Assembly (NCBI GenBank): GCA_028534125.1
Contig: CM052818.1
Location: 16,680,001-16,744,000, forward strand
Origin: Lama glama
Taxonomy: Eukaryota
Length of the DNA stretch: 64,000 nt
Direction: 5' to 3'
The notes below the pieces were generated by a model. That model was not told where the DNA came from, searched no databases, and worked only from the letters and a program-made list of their open reading frames with translations. Positions within the stretch are counted from its first letter, which is position 1, and the number at the start of each line of letters is the position of its first letter. The position numbers and the translations under genes were made by a program. Below are positions 36,961 through 51,129 of the stretch, in pieces.

Positions 36961-37885
36961 AATAGTGTTCAGGTGAAGACCTGTTTCAGTCCTCTCTGCT
37001 TATCACCTCCCTCAGCCCCTCCCTTGGCACCCTCGTTAGGGTCGAGCAGCCGTCATTTCCAGGCTCAGTTTCCTGAGGGAGCCCTTCCTAAAAGCCCTAC
37101 TTCCCTCCAAGTGGCAGGTAGAATGACCTCTCCTCTTCGTTCCCCGGGTTCCTTGCCGGGCTGCTCCCTATCTTCGTTGGTCCACGACCCGCCTGAATAT
37201 ACGCTGCGCTTTACTCTACCACCAATAAGTCTAACACACAGATTTCCCCTGTAAGATGCAGGCAGGCATCTAGAAGATTGGGCACGCATTTGGTGAAAAA
37301 TGAAGTCAGGACAGATTCACGATGGTTAAGAATCCCCACGTAGTCAGTCTTCGGTAAAGAACGAGGGAGGCAGAATTCATACACAGAGCTGTGCCTTTCT
37401 CAAGTGTCAGATCCTGCTTTTGGTTGTGGAAAAAGGGGGTGCGGTGGGGGAGAGCTTGTGAAAATTTTCTTGATTAGGAGGAGGGGGGTTCTTGGAATTA
37501 ATATTAGTTTCTATGGTTGTGTCCAAGTCCAACATTGAGCAGTTTAATATTATTTGATTCCTTTGGTTTCTTGAAGTGGAAGATAGGTCAACTCATGTTT
37601 TAAATGTTAAAGATTAAACAACATATTTCTCAATTAGCAGATGACTTGGGCAGATGAATAGTACAGAAATTTAGACGTTGCTGGACTGGAAGGGTCTGTA
37701 GGCTAATAAACAGGGAGTGAGTATGAAGGATTGCAAGAGATTTTCCAAGGATATTCAACTAATGATATTTATCTGAGTAGTGGAGGCCAAGCTGTACTTT
37801 CTGTTGTTCTTAGGGATTGAAACGGTGTGAAATTAAAACAACAACAAAAAATCATACCTCTTAAGTTTTATTTTGTCCTCTTTAT

Positions 37886-37986
37886 AAATAAAATTTGGTC
37901 ATTACTGTGTTTCTCCAATGTTGCTACATGACAATGACCAAGGAAACATATTGTTGTATAAATACAGGAAAGCCTATGAACAGAAA
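37886..37986 (+). other. Non-functional homolog of the human NRXN1 99-nt alternative cassette exon
   Basis: Reads IKFGHYCVSPMLLHDNDQG, then after a 1-nt shift YCCINTGKP, versus recalled human IKFGLQCVLPVLLHDNDQGKYCCINTAKPLTE. Flanked by AT and GA instead of AG and GT. Confidence 0.75.
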
Positions 37987-40519
37987 GAGTGATATGAAAA
38001 AGAAGAAATATGGATGTGTCTGTGGCTGAGCAGGAGAGAAAATGTCAGGGTTTAAAGTAGATAGCTTATGGGTCAAATCAAGGCAATCACCAATGGATAA
38101 ATGGCATTTATGGCTGCATTTTTAAAAAAAAGGTGAATTATTAAATCTGATTTTGAAAGCTGTAGGCACAAAAGCTCTATGTCTGGCTGTATTTTATTGT
38201 ATAATGTCTTCTGGTTTTTTTTGCTGACACTGCTAAGGGGAACTAGCCCTTGTAAATCTTATTACACTTGGCAGTTCTCTCTTACCTGACTTTAAGAGAA
38301 ATGAAGACTTGATAAAATTTGTAATTGTAAAACATCAAAGCGAGTTAGTTAGGAAGAAAAGAAATCTGGTCATTAGGAGAGTTCAGTGGCCTGTATGGAT
38401 TTATGGAAAAAAGTCAAGTGCTATTTTTTTGCTTTCTGTCTTCGTGAAGGCTTTTGTTTTCATGTATTTTGGCTTAAGTAATTATAGAAGACTGTGGGTT
38501 CCATGGTAAATTTCCATGAATTTAGCATCAGCAGGCTTTATAGCTATATTTTACAAAAAACAAACAAGCAAAAAAACCAAAAAAGCACTAAATGCTTTTC
38601 CCCTACCGAACCTACCTTGATTTTAGACCATGAATAAGGTAGTTACATTTTATGATTTGCTATAGTATAACTTGAAGTTGCATACTTCTGCACTGATTAA
38701 TAGAAATGAATTAAAAAATAAACATTATTTTATGGGACAAATTGCTCTAAGTATCCCAGTGCCACTTTAAACTACAGAGCAGGAAATTTAATGAAGGACA
38801 CATGAAATATAACTTCCTTCCTTAAATTAGGAAACAAATATGACACAATGACAGCTTGTTCTGTGTGGGAGGGTGTTTTAAAGGAAATTTTTTTTTTATT
38901 TTTCTGTGCATTTTTAACGTAGAGATACAGGGATGTGCATAATCAGGAACAGTTAAAAGTGGAGAAAGCATGGCAAAAGTAGTATGTTGAAGAGAAACAG
39001 AATTAGATGTCTCTGAAATGCATCTTACTTTGCAAGTGGATAGCTCTTTTCATGAGATGAAGATTTTGGAATTAGATATATAACTGAACAGACTAATGCT
39101 TGATGCATAAGGTAATTCAACCCAGAAAGGAATATCCATCAGGATAGTTCTGGAACATTGATTCATTTTGAAAATATGAGCTGAAAATGGAGCAAAGATC
39201 ACCACTAGTCATAAAAGGAAAACAAAAGGCTGGATTCCTTTGATTATCACAGAAATGGGAGATGGAATGGTAAAGGCAGGGCTGGTCTCCCCAGAAGGAT
39301 TGGCTTCATTTTGCTTATTTTCCCTGTGTCAAGTGACTGTTAAATTATTAATTGAGAATGGATGTCTCTCCCAACACGGATCATGTATTGATGGCTAGGG
39401 ATAAATGATTTCTATTCAAATGAAGTATAAAGAAAGCCCTGCCTCTAGCCAGTATTTATACTGATTGCCACATTAAGGAAAAGAAAACTAATTTAAAAAT
39501 AAAGCAATATCAGTAGAGAAAATTTAGAAAAAAATTAACAGCAAATATTAAACAAAATTCCAATTATATCTGATGCCAACTACAGTCTTTAACTTAATAA
39601 AAAAGTCTAGTAGTATTTTAGTTGCCTTTGTATTCAAAATACAGTACAAACTACCAAAAAGAAAGTGAGAATATTCTCTTTTTTAATGGAATGTCTTTAA
39701 ACAAGTTATGCACCTATAGTTTCTAGAATGTTTTCATTTAATGAGCTCACATTCATCCTTACTCTGTTTATGCTGGCCTAGTAAGTTTTATTTGTTTATT
39801 TATGTGGTGATGGAAAGAGAACACAAGGAAGGTTATATGTCATGACCAGGCTAGTGACAGAGCATGGGTTAGAGCACCAACACTCTTATTCTCAAAGCCT
39901 TGTATTTATGATGTCTGCTGAATAAGATTTCCAGTTCATTAGGTTTGATTTTTTTCCAGGTTTAGGGATTATTCAAGAAAAAAAAAGTGTATATATATAT
40001 ATAGGTATGGCTGATGCAACAGAACCAAATTATGCATCACTTACGTTCTTTGACCCTGAGAGTTTGCCTTAGAAGCCAACTATCCAAGAATGTCATCTTT
40101 CCTGAATGGTAGATGCTTATGGGCCACATAGCTTTTTTAGTGAATCATGCCATGTAAGTGTCCCGGGACTATTATTATTTAATAAGTTTCTACATAAGAG
40201 GACTAATAGTTTCCTAGCAGCTTAAACGAATTAGTGAATTCTATGGCTACTCAGTTAAAAATGAGAATAAAAGGCTGGTCAATGAGAAGTTACATGTTTT
40301 ACAATTTCCGCATTTAGACTTTATACATTTTAGGGTCTCTTATATGAAGATTTCATACTAGACTCTGAGTATCACTTCCTCTATTTAAATGGCCATAAAC
40401 ATGTATGGCTTGTGATGACTAAATGCTTGATATTAACTAAACATGGCAGTGTGATAGGTATTTACTAAAGCCCTGGCTTTCTATGACTTTACTAATATGA
40501 CCAGGTGGACAACCCTATT

Positions 40520-41090
40520 CACTCATTCATTCATTCATTTCTTTATTCAATAACTGCTGATTAAGTGCTTTGTATGTGTATGAATACTAGGTCCAGGCAA
40601 CAAAATGGTGAATAATCTCTCAGCATTTCTGTGAGAAGGCACAATAATTTAAAAAAAAATGAAAACTTAAAATAATGGTTATGTGTTTTGAAGGTACACT
40701 GTACTGTGAAAACTTAAAAGTGAACTGACCTAATCGAAGAAAATTTTCCTGAGGGGTGATACTTAAACTAAAATCTTAGAAATGAGAAGGAGTTAGCCAG
40801 CTAAAGGCAGAGGAGAAATATTAGGAGGGAAGCTTGGTGCAGGAGAAGGCATGGCACATTCAAGCAACGAGAGAAGGCCCTTGAGTATGGAGCTCTCAGA
40901 GAGAGGAATGGGGCCAGCTCGTGCAGGGTCCTTGTAGCCCATGTCAATATTTTAATCTTTATTTTAAAAATGGTGGAAAGGCGATGGAAGAAGTTTAGTG
41001 TGAAAGGTTAAGAGGAGGGTACCATTATCAAATTTATACTTCAGTGTGTTACTCTGGCTACATTGTAGACACCAGATTGATAGGGGGCCA
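40520..41090 (-). mobile_element. L2 LINE 3' fragment
   Basis: (ATTC)n start, then tcctgaggggtgatacttaaactaaaatctt...gaaggagttagccag...catggcacattcaag...actctggctacattgtag. Confidence 0.75.
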
Positions 41091-41835
41091 GAGAAAAAGA
41101 GAAAACATTATTTTCTGTTTGTCAGTCAGTCAACAACATTTGTTAAGTACACACTGTATGCTGTAGGTTGAACTAGTGGACATAGAGGAAAACAAGATTC
41201 TTTCTGTAAGGAAGTTGCAATCTTTGTGAATTTGGTTATGTATAGAACTCTAAGACCATTTGCTGTTTGGAACATTTTGGTTCCACCTGTAACAAGCATT
41301 ACCTGAACCCTTTTTGTGGCTTGTTGTTTGGTTTCTCTCACATATACTTTTTGAATCTGTAGGCTCCTGGGGCCCATTGGCAGTGTCATACCTCGCTCAA
41401 CTTGTCTTCTTTGTGACAGTGTATACTGATGGATTGATTCTAGGCTTTCAATATTTTAACTGCTACAATAAAGGAAAATATTATGAAGGTGCTTATAATC
41501 TTTATAAGGTTAAAAACATTTAAATAGTTACTGTGTAGGTAGGTACTAGACAAAAATTTTGCAGAGATTTTGCCAGAGTTTTATTTGAAGTCTGTCATTA
41601 GTGGAGCAGGTAGATCCCCTGTGCTGAAAAACCTCTGAGTGGAATGGAGAAAATCATAAATAATTTTGATTTGGATAACATGTTCTAGGGAGCTCTTAAA
41701 GTATGACAATGAAAAGCATCTATCTGATCTATCAATAAAATGCTTATCTTGACTATAAAATAATAATGAACTGAGATACCAGTCTAGAATGCCACAAAGA
41801 GGTGGAATATGTTATTTTGTTCAACCATTCTGAGA

Positions 41836-42060
41836 TGCAGTTGTAGTGTTGAATTATTCGGACTGTGGGACCACACTGCCTGGTTTAAGTGGGCATACTT
41901 AAACACTGTTCCTCAGTACTGTCATCCATGAAAATCAGATAATAAAAGAACTTATTTCATAGGGATGTTATCAAAGTTAAGCAGGTGACTTCATGTAAGG
42001 CTCTAAGAGTGGTGCCTGGCACATAGTAAATATTCTGAAGTGTCCACTTGTTATTTCTAT
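41836..42060 (+). mobile_element. MIR SINE
   Basis: cactgcctggttt...cctcagt...tcatagggatgtt...gtggtgcctggcacatagtaaa. Confidence 0.7.
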
Positions 42061-43879
42061 TATCATCATCTCTGGTACCACCAGGACCACCACTACTACA
42101 GATAACTTTTTCTTTAGGGCTACGCTCAAGCAAACTTCAAATATGGAACATTTTCTTTCTCATTTAAAAGAAATTCTATTGTAATAATTATCCTGCCTTG
42201 ATTAGCCCAAAAGTTTCTACTTATAAAGAAAAGCAAAGAGTGAAGACAATGAGCCTCTATTTCTGTTTTACACAGCTGCGCTCTAATGTCACTCATGTCT
42301 GGTTGTGATTCAGAATATTTTAAAAATCATATTCTCCCTGAGAATTTGTATTATGATTAAGGGAGCCTTTAACACAGAAGGATCTTTTCACATAAACTAA
42401 TAGCTTTATCTATCTCAACTCTATACTTGGTGGTTTTTTCTGTATTTATCCTAATGTATAGGTATATATATCTGATGAATCTATCCTGTTTATTATCTTT
42501 GAGGCTCTTCTATAAGTTACAGTTACTTACATGGATGCTACAGAGAAACTAGATAATATACTTGAACTTTAAAAAGTCAAGCAAGATGTCTTACAGTTAT
42601 CATAAACAGATTATATTTTTAGTGTAAAATTATATGTGGCAGGAAAATCATGTTCCAGTTTTGGATACTATTAAATGAAATGTGATAACTAAACCGATTA
42701 TTTAAAAGAAATCCCTGATTGACTACAGAAAGGACAGGTGCTGTGTAATAGTTCTGTTATTCTTAGCTGCATTCTGAGAATTGGGACCCTGAGCCACACT
42801 GGTTCCTGAAAACAGTCATTAACTACATTCCGTATCCCTTTCTCAGTGACTATTTGGTGGCTACACTGGTTGTAGGGTTAATTCCTATAAATATATGTTG
42901 AAAATCAGGCTTTACTTTAGATATTTGGGTTTTGCTTTAGTAAGGAGCTAATAAACCTATTATTAGACGTTGTTATGCAAACTGTACTTTCAAAAATTGC
43001 ACAAGTATATTTGACATAATTCAGAATAAATCATTTTTGCACTCTGAAAGGTTTTAGTTCATTATGCATCACAATATTATGCAAAACCCTTATTATCCTT
43101 TTTCCTTGTGTACTTCTCTGTAATTTTACGGCTGAGTCCCTTTTCTAATATTTGGAAGTACAGGAATTGGTAAATGTACTGGTTCTTGCTGTGTAGAAAG
43201 TCTTAAGATGTCCCAATTAGATTTTTGGGGAAAAAAAGGTTTTTGGTTAGTTGCTTTAGAGCTCTTCAAAAATTGCATGGCTTTTTGATTTTCTCTCTTA
43301 AGCATGGATTCCATGTATTTCTACTTGACTGTGGAAATGAATGCAATGCTCTCTCTTAGGTTCTTTTCCTGCCATGCTGTTGTTTCTACAATGTATGTAA
43401 ACAGAATGTGGCATGGGGTCTGAAGAACTAAGTTCTAGATGTGGCATTGGCTCTAAGTTGCTGTCAAAAGTAGAATAAGGTTGCTAATGTTCTAATTTTG
43501 GTTTCCAAAACTGCAAGTTGAGAAACACCTAATCAGACTATAGTATATTGTGAACTCCTGCTAACCTACCTCACAGAGTCTTTGTGAGTAGCTAATAGAT
43601 GTAAACTCTCAGAAAAACTTGAAAATTTGAAAGAAATATATAACAGCAGCAGGGTAGTGGCTCTAGGATGTTGTGAATGTTAATAGTGAAAAATGTTAAA
43701 CTTCTTTCTGTAAATCTACTTTGAAGTCATTTTAGATGAATTTTAGATCATTTATACCTAATAGTAGGTATGAGATTTGGTAGATTTCTCATTGCATGTT
43801 GAGACATTAGTACAGACAACACGAGTAAAGAGGACATTGGTCCCCTAGTTCCTCCTGTGTAAAATCTGAACAAATGAAG

Positions 43880-44138
43880 TAAGGAAGGAAGCAACCGTAT
43901 GAGTGCATATTGTGTGATTCTATTTATGGAAAGTTCAGAACAGACACGACTAATCTATGGTGATAGATGTCAGAGTAGAGGTTACCTTTTAGTGGTGTTA
44001 ACTAGAAGAGGATACAGTGAGCCTTTGACACGATCTGGGTGGTGGTTACATGGGCATATATATTTGTAAAGATTCCCTGAATTATACACTTAAGATTTAT
44101 GTACTTTACTGGATATAAGCTCTATCTCAAAAAAAAAA
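43880..44138 (+). mobile_element. L1M-type 3' end fragment
   Basis: tgtgtgattctatttatggaaagttcagaacag...ctaatctatggtgatagatgtcagag...tacacttaagattt and an A-tail. Confidence 0.8.
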
Positions 44139-44749
44139 TCCTTCAAATTATAAAAGGAATACTGCTCAATGAGTACCAATACACTGAATACATATAAAAA
44201 ATTGCTTACAAAGGAATCTTTAATGGAAATACATATTTATAAATTCTAGGCAGGAGTCAAATATTTGTAATGTAAATCCAATGACCATTCCAAGGAGAAA
44301 GTGTATTTAATATAAATTTAGCTAAAGAAGAGAGAGTATTGTTTTAAATACCTGTACAACCTTTGAACTTCTTTCCGTTTCTTTTGCCTTTATAATGGAA
44401 ATAAAACACAGATTCTTATTTTACATTTACGTCTCTGAGTGAAAGTCTTACCAATACGTTTCCAATTAGGACAACTCAGCTGCTTGTATTTTTGGTGATT
44501 GAGTGATGAATATGTTGTGAGAGCTCAATAAATACTTGAATGACTAACTGTATATTGGGAAAAAACAGTACTAGTCCAGCTATACTCTCTAAATCTCCAA
44601 ATATACATGGTTTCTCCTCCAATGTATTAGGCATCAAATTATTTCAGAAGGTGTGCTAGGTGCTCTTACTTTAACGGTGTCACAAGCACCTCTTGAATTT
44701 GAATACAGTTTAATCATTCTGTTTAGAATCATAGTTATTTTACTTATGA

Positions 44750-44970
44750 TTTAGTGTTAACTGAGTGAAAGGCGTTGTACAGTGTGCTTTATCTTACCTT
44801 ATTGATCCCTGCAACATCCTACTTGATAGGTTTTATAAAATTCCCATTTTAGAGACGAGAAAACTGTGTATTAGAAGAGCTCACTTGACAAAAGTCCCAT
44901 AGCTCAATGCAGAGCTGAAATTTGGGCCCAGGTGTGTATGTTGCCCCAGCAGGCAACTGTGTCCATTATA
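44750..44970 (-). mobile_element. MIR SINE
   Basis: cccattttagagacgagaaaactg...gcagagctgaaatttgggcccagg. Confidence 0.7.
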
Positions 44971-47900
44971 TGACAAAACCTGCATGTTTCACTTAACAAA
45001 CCGCTAATGGATGCTGAAAGTTTGTTCACTAGTTGTCAATGTGGTGCTAATTTGAATGGCTGATTTATTTAAAAACAAAAAGCAAAAAACCCTCAGAACT
45101 GAGGATTGTGGCAGACCCTTACATTTAGTGCCATTTCCTAATGTTATGATAGTAAAGAAATGGATTAGCTTGTCAGGATTCATCATATTTTGTTTCTATA
45201 ATGCTTGTTTATTTGTTTCTGTCGTTGGCCTTCTGTTCATATTATGTTCAGTTGATTCTACTCTAATGTAACCAGACGTAAAGCCCCGGTATATTGCATC
45301 TAAAGAATATTACAACTAATTCATCTTTTGAATGAAAATACTTCGTTTTCCAAAAAAAAAATCAACACAATTTCCATCTATTTCAGATTCTAGGAGATAG
45401 AATTATTGTAAATACCAAAGTCCATGGTGATTCAGCACAAATGTAAAGACGTAGCCCAGTCACATAAGTTGACATTTAGTAAAAGTTGCTGAGTTAGAAT
45501 ATGGTTCTGCTGAAGATGTAAATGATGGTACACTGGACACTTAATTGAAATTATGTAATGAGAAAATAGTGTCTAAAACTTTTTGGATAAAAGATTTTGG
45601 TTTCCCAGCGCATTGCTTAAAATTGAACTTTAGAATGGTTCTTAGAGTTAGAAGGATGTATTTTCTATGCTGTTTCTGGTATATATGAGAAACTATTATT
45701 GGACAGAAGTGGGAGGAAAACAAGACTGACCATGCAAGACAAAGTGCTGACCCAGACTCTTTTCCAGTTATTTGTGCTTAAAACTGTCTGGACTGTAATT
45801 AGAAATATACAGGTGCCGTGTTACAGGAGCAAGTGCTACTTCAAATAGCACTTTATTAGGTTGGTTCCCAGGAGGGGTCTGGTGGTCCAAAAGTTAGAAG
45901 AGGAGCTGCCACGAAGAACAGTTGCCTTGCTAGCATCCTAACGTCAGGAGGGGCTTTCTGTGTTTAATTATAGACATAATGAATTCTGTGTGAATGGTAA
46001 TCCATAATGGAAGCAGCACTGATGACAGCTTAGCAGTTTCTGCTGTTTGTGACCTAACAATACCTGGCCTTGTACATGGAACCAGCTAAGCCTAAGCATT
46101 ACTTAGACAGTGCTAGATTCAGCAGAATGAATCGCCCCAGCCCAGCAGAGGAAATTAAAGACTCATGTTTTTCTTCTAAGTAATGATGTCTCTCTATAAT
46201 TAAGCGGGCCTGGACTCTCCTTAGGGAAGTAGCTGGCAAGGTAGCATACAACTATAGCTGCCATATGAAAGATACTACCTTCCAGCTTAAGCTCTTTATT
46301 TTGAGTGCAAAATTGATTTTTTCTGCAAATAACGTAATTATTTATTTAAAATTATTTAATGTGATGCTTTAGGTGCTAGATGTTTTATTTATCCAATTGA
46401 AAACATTGTAAAAATAGGAAGTTATATATTGTATTTTACAACCCAAATTCAGAATTAAATGTGTCAGAGGATACATTTATGAACCCCTATTTTAAAAATT
46501 AGGCTAACTTTCTGTGAGATAAAGTATTGAGGTATTTTAAAATAATGAGATATTTGATATATTGAATGAATGTGTGTATATGTATATAAACATATACACA
46601 AAAATTTGACATATATAAGAAAATTACATAATGTAAGCAGAGGATTTAAAAGTCTTGGCAATCGTGTTAAAATCCTCAAAAATATATATTGGTTAAACAT
46701 ATCATTAAAATATCATGTCTTTATGATTTAGACTAGTCTATGTAATATATATAAATTTTTCTACGCAAGACCTTAGAAACCTAAAAAATTTACCCTTAAA
46801 GTATGACAAATGACTTTCTCTGATCAGGCATGATGTTAGAGATTTTGAGGTTTCTGCAAAGTAGCATTCTCATATTATTGGTCAGCAACATCCCACCTAT
46901 ACCTGGGGGTTGTTTGAAAAACTAACTATATTTAATCTTGGTCTAAGTTTGCTTTGACAGTTACCAAGAGTAATTTACTTTGATGAAACTTAACCATTAC
47001 TATAAAATAATAATAGTTATTATTAATCTTTTGGAATGAGCCACAGTTATGTTCAAAGAGATGAAAAAAGTTAAGCTAATACCAATAATGACTTCTTTAA
47101 AACTTTCATGCATAAGAAAACTGGGGAGTTAAACTTATTTACTAAACCCCCAATGAGTTCAAAATAGGCTAAGACCACCACAGGAATATTTTGAAACAGC
47201 AAGTTTTTAAAAAAGTCGATAATAGCTCTGAAACCTCTTTTACCACACTTATTAGGGAATCTATAAGAATTTTTTGTTTTTAATGTTTAAATTAGTCATT
47301 TATGCATTTCAAAACATGCCTCATTGGTCAGTTTCTATCATTATATGGGAATTTTAAAAATATATACATCATTAATTCTCTCTTCCTCTGACCTCTTAAA
47401 CCTTTGTTTAGATTAGAATAGGAGAGTTAAAATAATATGACTTTCTTACTATATCACAATTTATATTTTTTGACTTCAAATAACATATAAAGTATTTTTT
47501 TACCTGAGTTTTATCCATTGTTTATTCTTCTTCAAACCCCTACATTGATTTCCTTCATGACAGTACAGGCACAGGGAGAATTTCATGAATTAGAATAATT
47601 CTTCATTAGGGATGGCTCTCCTCTGTGACTGTCAGCCCAGAACTGTCTACTTTCCCAGAAGTCGTTGGAAATAAAGAATGATGGGCACCTCTCCCATTCC
47701 CAGACCAAGATGCTATTCATCCTGGTCAAAGTCCTTGTTTGTATGACATAGAAAATGTTGTGTTTCATTCTAAAACAGAGGCAATAAAGATTTGGATTGG
47801 GGCCAAGTACACAATCTTGGAGTGCGTTCTGCCCATAAGAGATGGAGGATAGAAAGATGATGAGACTTCAGGGAACCTGCAATGCTTGGGATGTGTGATA

Positions 47901-48284
47901 ATTGAGAAGATGAGACAGAAGACAGAGAGAGGAACAGGAGACAGCAAAGAAGGAGATGACTGGGGAAGAAGGAGTGTTGGAGAAGACGGTAGATTAAGAG
48001 AGAGTGGAGAACTCAGAGAATCTGAAACAACCAGAACGTTGAGGACTGATGACTGAGAATAGAAAGAATTGCACATGTGGTTAGTGGAGGAGGAGACTAG
48101 ACCATGCATTTCTTGACTACTGGCACTGGGATTGAGCTGAAGAGACACACAGGAGGAAGAAAGAGACAAGGATAAACATCATTGCCTACACTTCAGTCAC
48201 AGAAAGTATAATCATTCAGTATCTCTTTCTGAAGGTTCTGGCAACGTGTCACTGGACTTTTCCTACTAATACCAGGAAAAACAG

Positions 48285-48470
48285 TAACAGTAGCACAACG
48301 GTGCATGACTCGTACTCTGTGTCAGGCACCATTTTAAGTTCTTTACACATATTTAATGTAATCCTTCCCACATACCTGTAAGGTAGGTGCTATTTCCCCC
48401 ATTTTAAAGATATGAAAACTGAGGCCCACTAGCAATTTGCAAAGCTGGCACTCTAAGGCTGCATAACTCC
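48285..48470 (-). mobile_element. MIR SINE
   Basis: tactctgtgtcaggcacc...aaggtaggtgctatttccccatttt...gaaaactgaggccc. Confidence 0.75.
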
Positions 48471-49369
48471 TGAGGCCATGCCCTGAAATTGTAATTCCTT
48501 CTTTTTTAATAACAAAATAATGACTTTGTGTCCTCCACACACTCTTTCACATATAAGAATCTTCCCTGTGTTTAAAAGATGTCTGTATAAGCTAGTACAC
48601 TTTCGTATTTATTTTCTTTCCCTCTCTTAGTATTCCATGTAAGTGTTTAATGATTTTTCTTGGGAAGAATTTCTTTTTAAAATTTTAATTAAAATCCTTT
48701 CTCTGCTGATATAAATTAATTTCTTCTTGTTATGTCCTCAGTGAAAATAAAATTCATGTAGTCAGTACCCCCTTGAATTATTTTTATCTGCCTCAGAGAA
48801 AGAGTACTGTCTTCACTGAGCTAAAAACATTTCAGATCCCCCTTCTGTGGAATTGGTCTGACATTCAGCCTCCTTCCCTGCCTACTTTATTTGTTTTAGT
48901 CACTATCACCTCAGTTCATTGATACTCTCCCAAATGTTAGTTCCTAAAATGTATTGCAATCCTCTTGATCTGTTCATCATAGCAGCAGCATCCTTGCACT
49001 TTCTGTGACTCCCTACCCTTACCTCTCACTGCTGTTGGACTTGCTAGTTCCCCATTATACCTTGGAAACAGCATGGGCAGGGGCTTCACAAAATCCTTAA
49101 TAGGTTGTTGTTACCTGGCGGTTTAAGAAAACCCCTGTCACTAGTGTCTGCAGACCCAGCAGTCTAGAATTGTTTAAAGGGAAAAGTCTCCGTAGCATTG
49201 CATTTTCAAGCTGGAAAATTAGGCCAGAAAAATTTGAGCTGACAAACAGAAAAAAGAATTTATACTAAGGAAAACTGGCAGTGGTAGTCTGGTCCACAGA
49301 GGACTAACCAGTGGAAATGGATTTGAACAAGAGTGTGTTGATTTAGGCCCAAGGAAAGAGAAAACAGCA

Positions 49370-49545
49370 TTTGCTTGAAATTCTAATGTAAATGTGAGAA
49401 CTGGCCAGCAGAAATGATGGGCAAATCTCTATTCCAGGAGATTCTTGACAGTAGTTCAGACAACTGCCACTCTTAAATTGCTTAAGATTTCCCCTTTTCT
49501 ACTCAGAAACTGGGACTAAATGACCTTCAGAATTTATTTTCAGTT
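49370..49545 (+). mobile_element. Possible CR1/L3 3' end fragment
   Basis: ctctattccaggagattcttgacag...gggactaaatgaccttcag resembles the L3 terminus. Confidence 0.4.
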
Positions 49546-51129
49546 CTTAGTTATGTAAATAATTGTATTTTTAGGAAAACTTTTAACATGCAACTCTTCC
49601 AAGTATGAGATAGAAATAGCCTGAAACAACACCCACTCCTTAAAAAAAAAAACAAAAAAACCCTACCCCCTGCCAAAAATAACCCCACCTATTTCAAGAG
49701 TGTCTGAAGTTATAATTCACAGATGCCTTTGAGTAAAATATGATACCAACTGCTACAGAGCATGAATTACTTCCTCAGTTGCCTTAACTTGCTGCTGCTG
49801 CACGTAGGTGTCCCTGGAATCTGCTCCGGGCAGGCGCTCTGCCCACATGCTTGTGTTTGCCCTGAGCCAGCTGCCCTTGCTGTCCTCTTTACACAGTGGC
49901 TTGCCCCAGTTTTGTGTTTCCTTCAGCGTGGATGAGCTCGAGTTACAGCTGCTGCCTTACCTCCACTCACCTTGTGCTTCCTGTTGTTCATGCTGCCATC
50001 TCCAGGGTATCCTCCGAGTCCTGGATCCATGTCCACCAGGTGTGATACTTCTGCCCTGCTGCTTGACTGCAGCACATTGGAGTGGTGTCACTCCCGTATC
50101 AAACCTTGTATATTCTGTGTTGTTGCCGTTCCTCTGGGAAATAACAGCTCTGGGTAAAACAGGTTTTAGCACTGCTATGAATTCTCCGTGGAAAAGGATG
50201 CCACGAGGGGGCTGAAAAATAGTTTTTGCGTTAAAAACCAAAGAGTATAAAGTCAAAGCAACAAACACTCACAGCATTAGGAACTCTTATTGGTAGGAGT
50301 ACTCTCCGATGTTCATGGTTTCTCAGTTGCACACACCAGAAATCTAGCTTCATCTTTGACCCCTGTGTTTTTGCCCACTCATGAATCCATTTGTAATTCC
50401 AAAAGCATTTACTAAGAAGCTATTCTACACAAGATGAGTTGTTAGCTCCTAGGCAGTTGTTCACCTCTTGAAGAATGAAAATTTGTCAGCACAAATAAAG
50501 GTGTTGAAATCAAAATACAAGTATTAAAAAATCAGAGATCAAAAATGTGAATAAATCTCACTGTTAATTGCAGCGTATGAAGATGCATAATAGGGAGCAC
50601 ATGTGTGCCATTAGTAATGCTATTAATGATATTCTCAGTTGTAGTAAAAATGAGCCTTTTTGAAAAAGATACGCCTCTGAAGAGTGAGAAGCATGGATCC
50701 TTGTAAAAATTACACGTAATGGATCGTTTCACACCCTCAATTAAAGCCACTAGAATTTCGAATTACTCTAATCACTGGATTCTTTCATATGAAAAGAAAA
50801 CGGTTTGTAATAAGTCATTAGAAAGTTATAGAGGATGAGTAGAAAAAGCACTGAATTAACAAATACTGAGTTTGTTTTTTCCTTGTTTGACAACAAGGAA
50901 AATTGGGAAACTTGACTTTTTTTTTTTTTTTTTAATGAAACACTGTGTTTAGTCACCACTGGTTTAAGAATTGAAAGGGGAAGAGGTCACATTCTAGTGG
51001 TGTAGGCTGGCAGATACATGCATGAATGATTTCCATATAGTGCATTAAATGCTGTCACAGAGATGAATATCTAGTGCTACTGGAAGCCAGAAAACAGAGG
51101 GACTAATCATACATACGGTGACCAGGTTC

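Noticed and set aside
35782..36965. Overlapping alternative-frame and antisense ORFs (234, 223, 131 aa and others)
   Set aside because: Expected shadow ORFs of GC-rich coding sequence with few stop codons; no recognisable protein.
36837..36976. C-terminal GKADEAGAPG...FRIVFR tail of the 324-aa ORF
   Set aside because: Read-through into the intron past the consensus donor; would need intron-retention evidence.
49808..50268. 135-aa and 103-aa ORFs as a nested gene or retrogene
   Set aside because: Both begin at near-cognate codons, with no recognisable domain, poly(A) tail or TSD.
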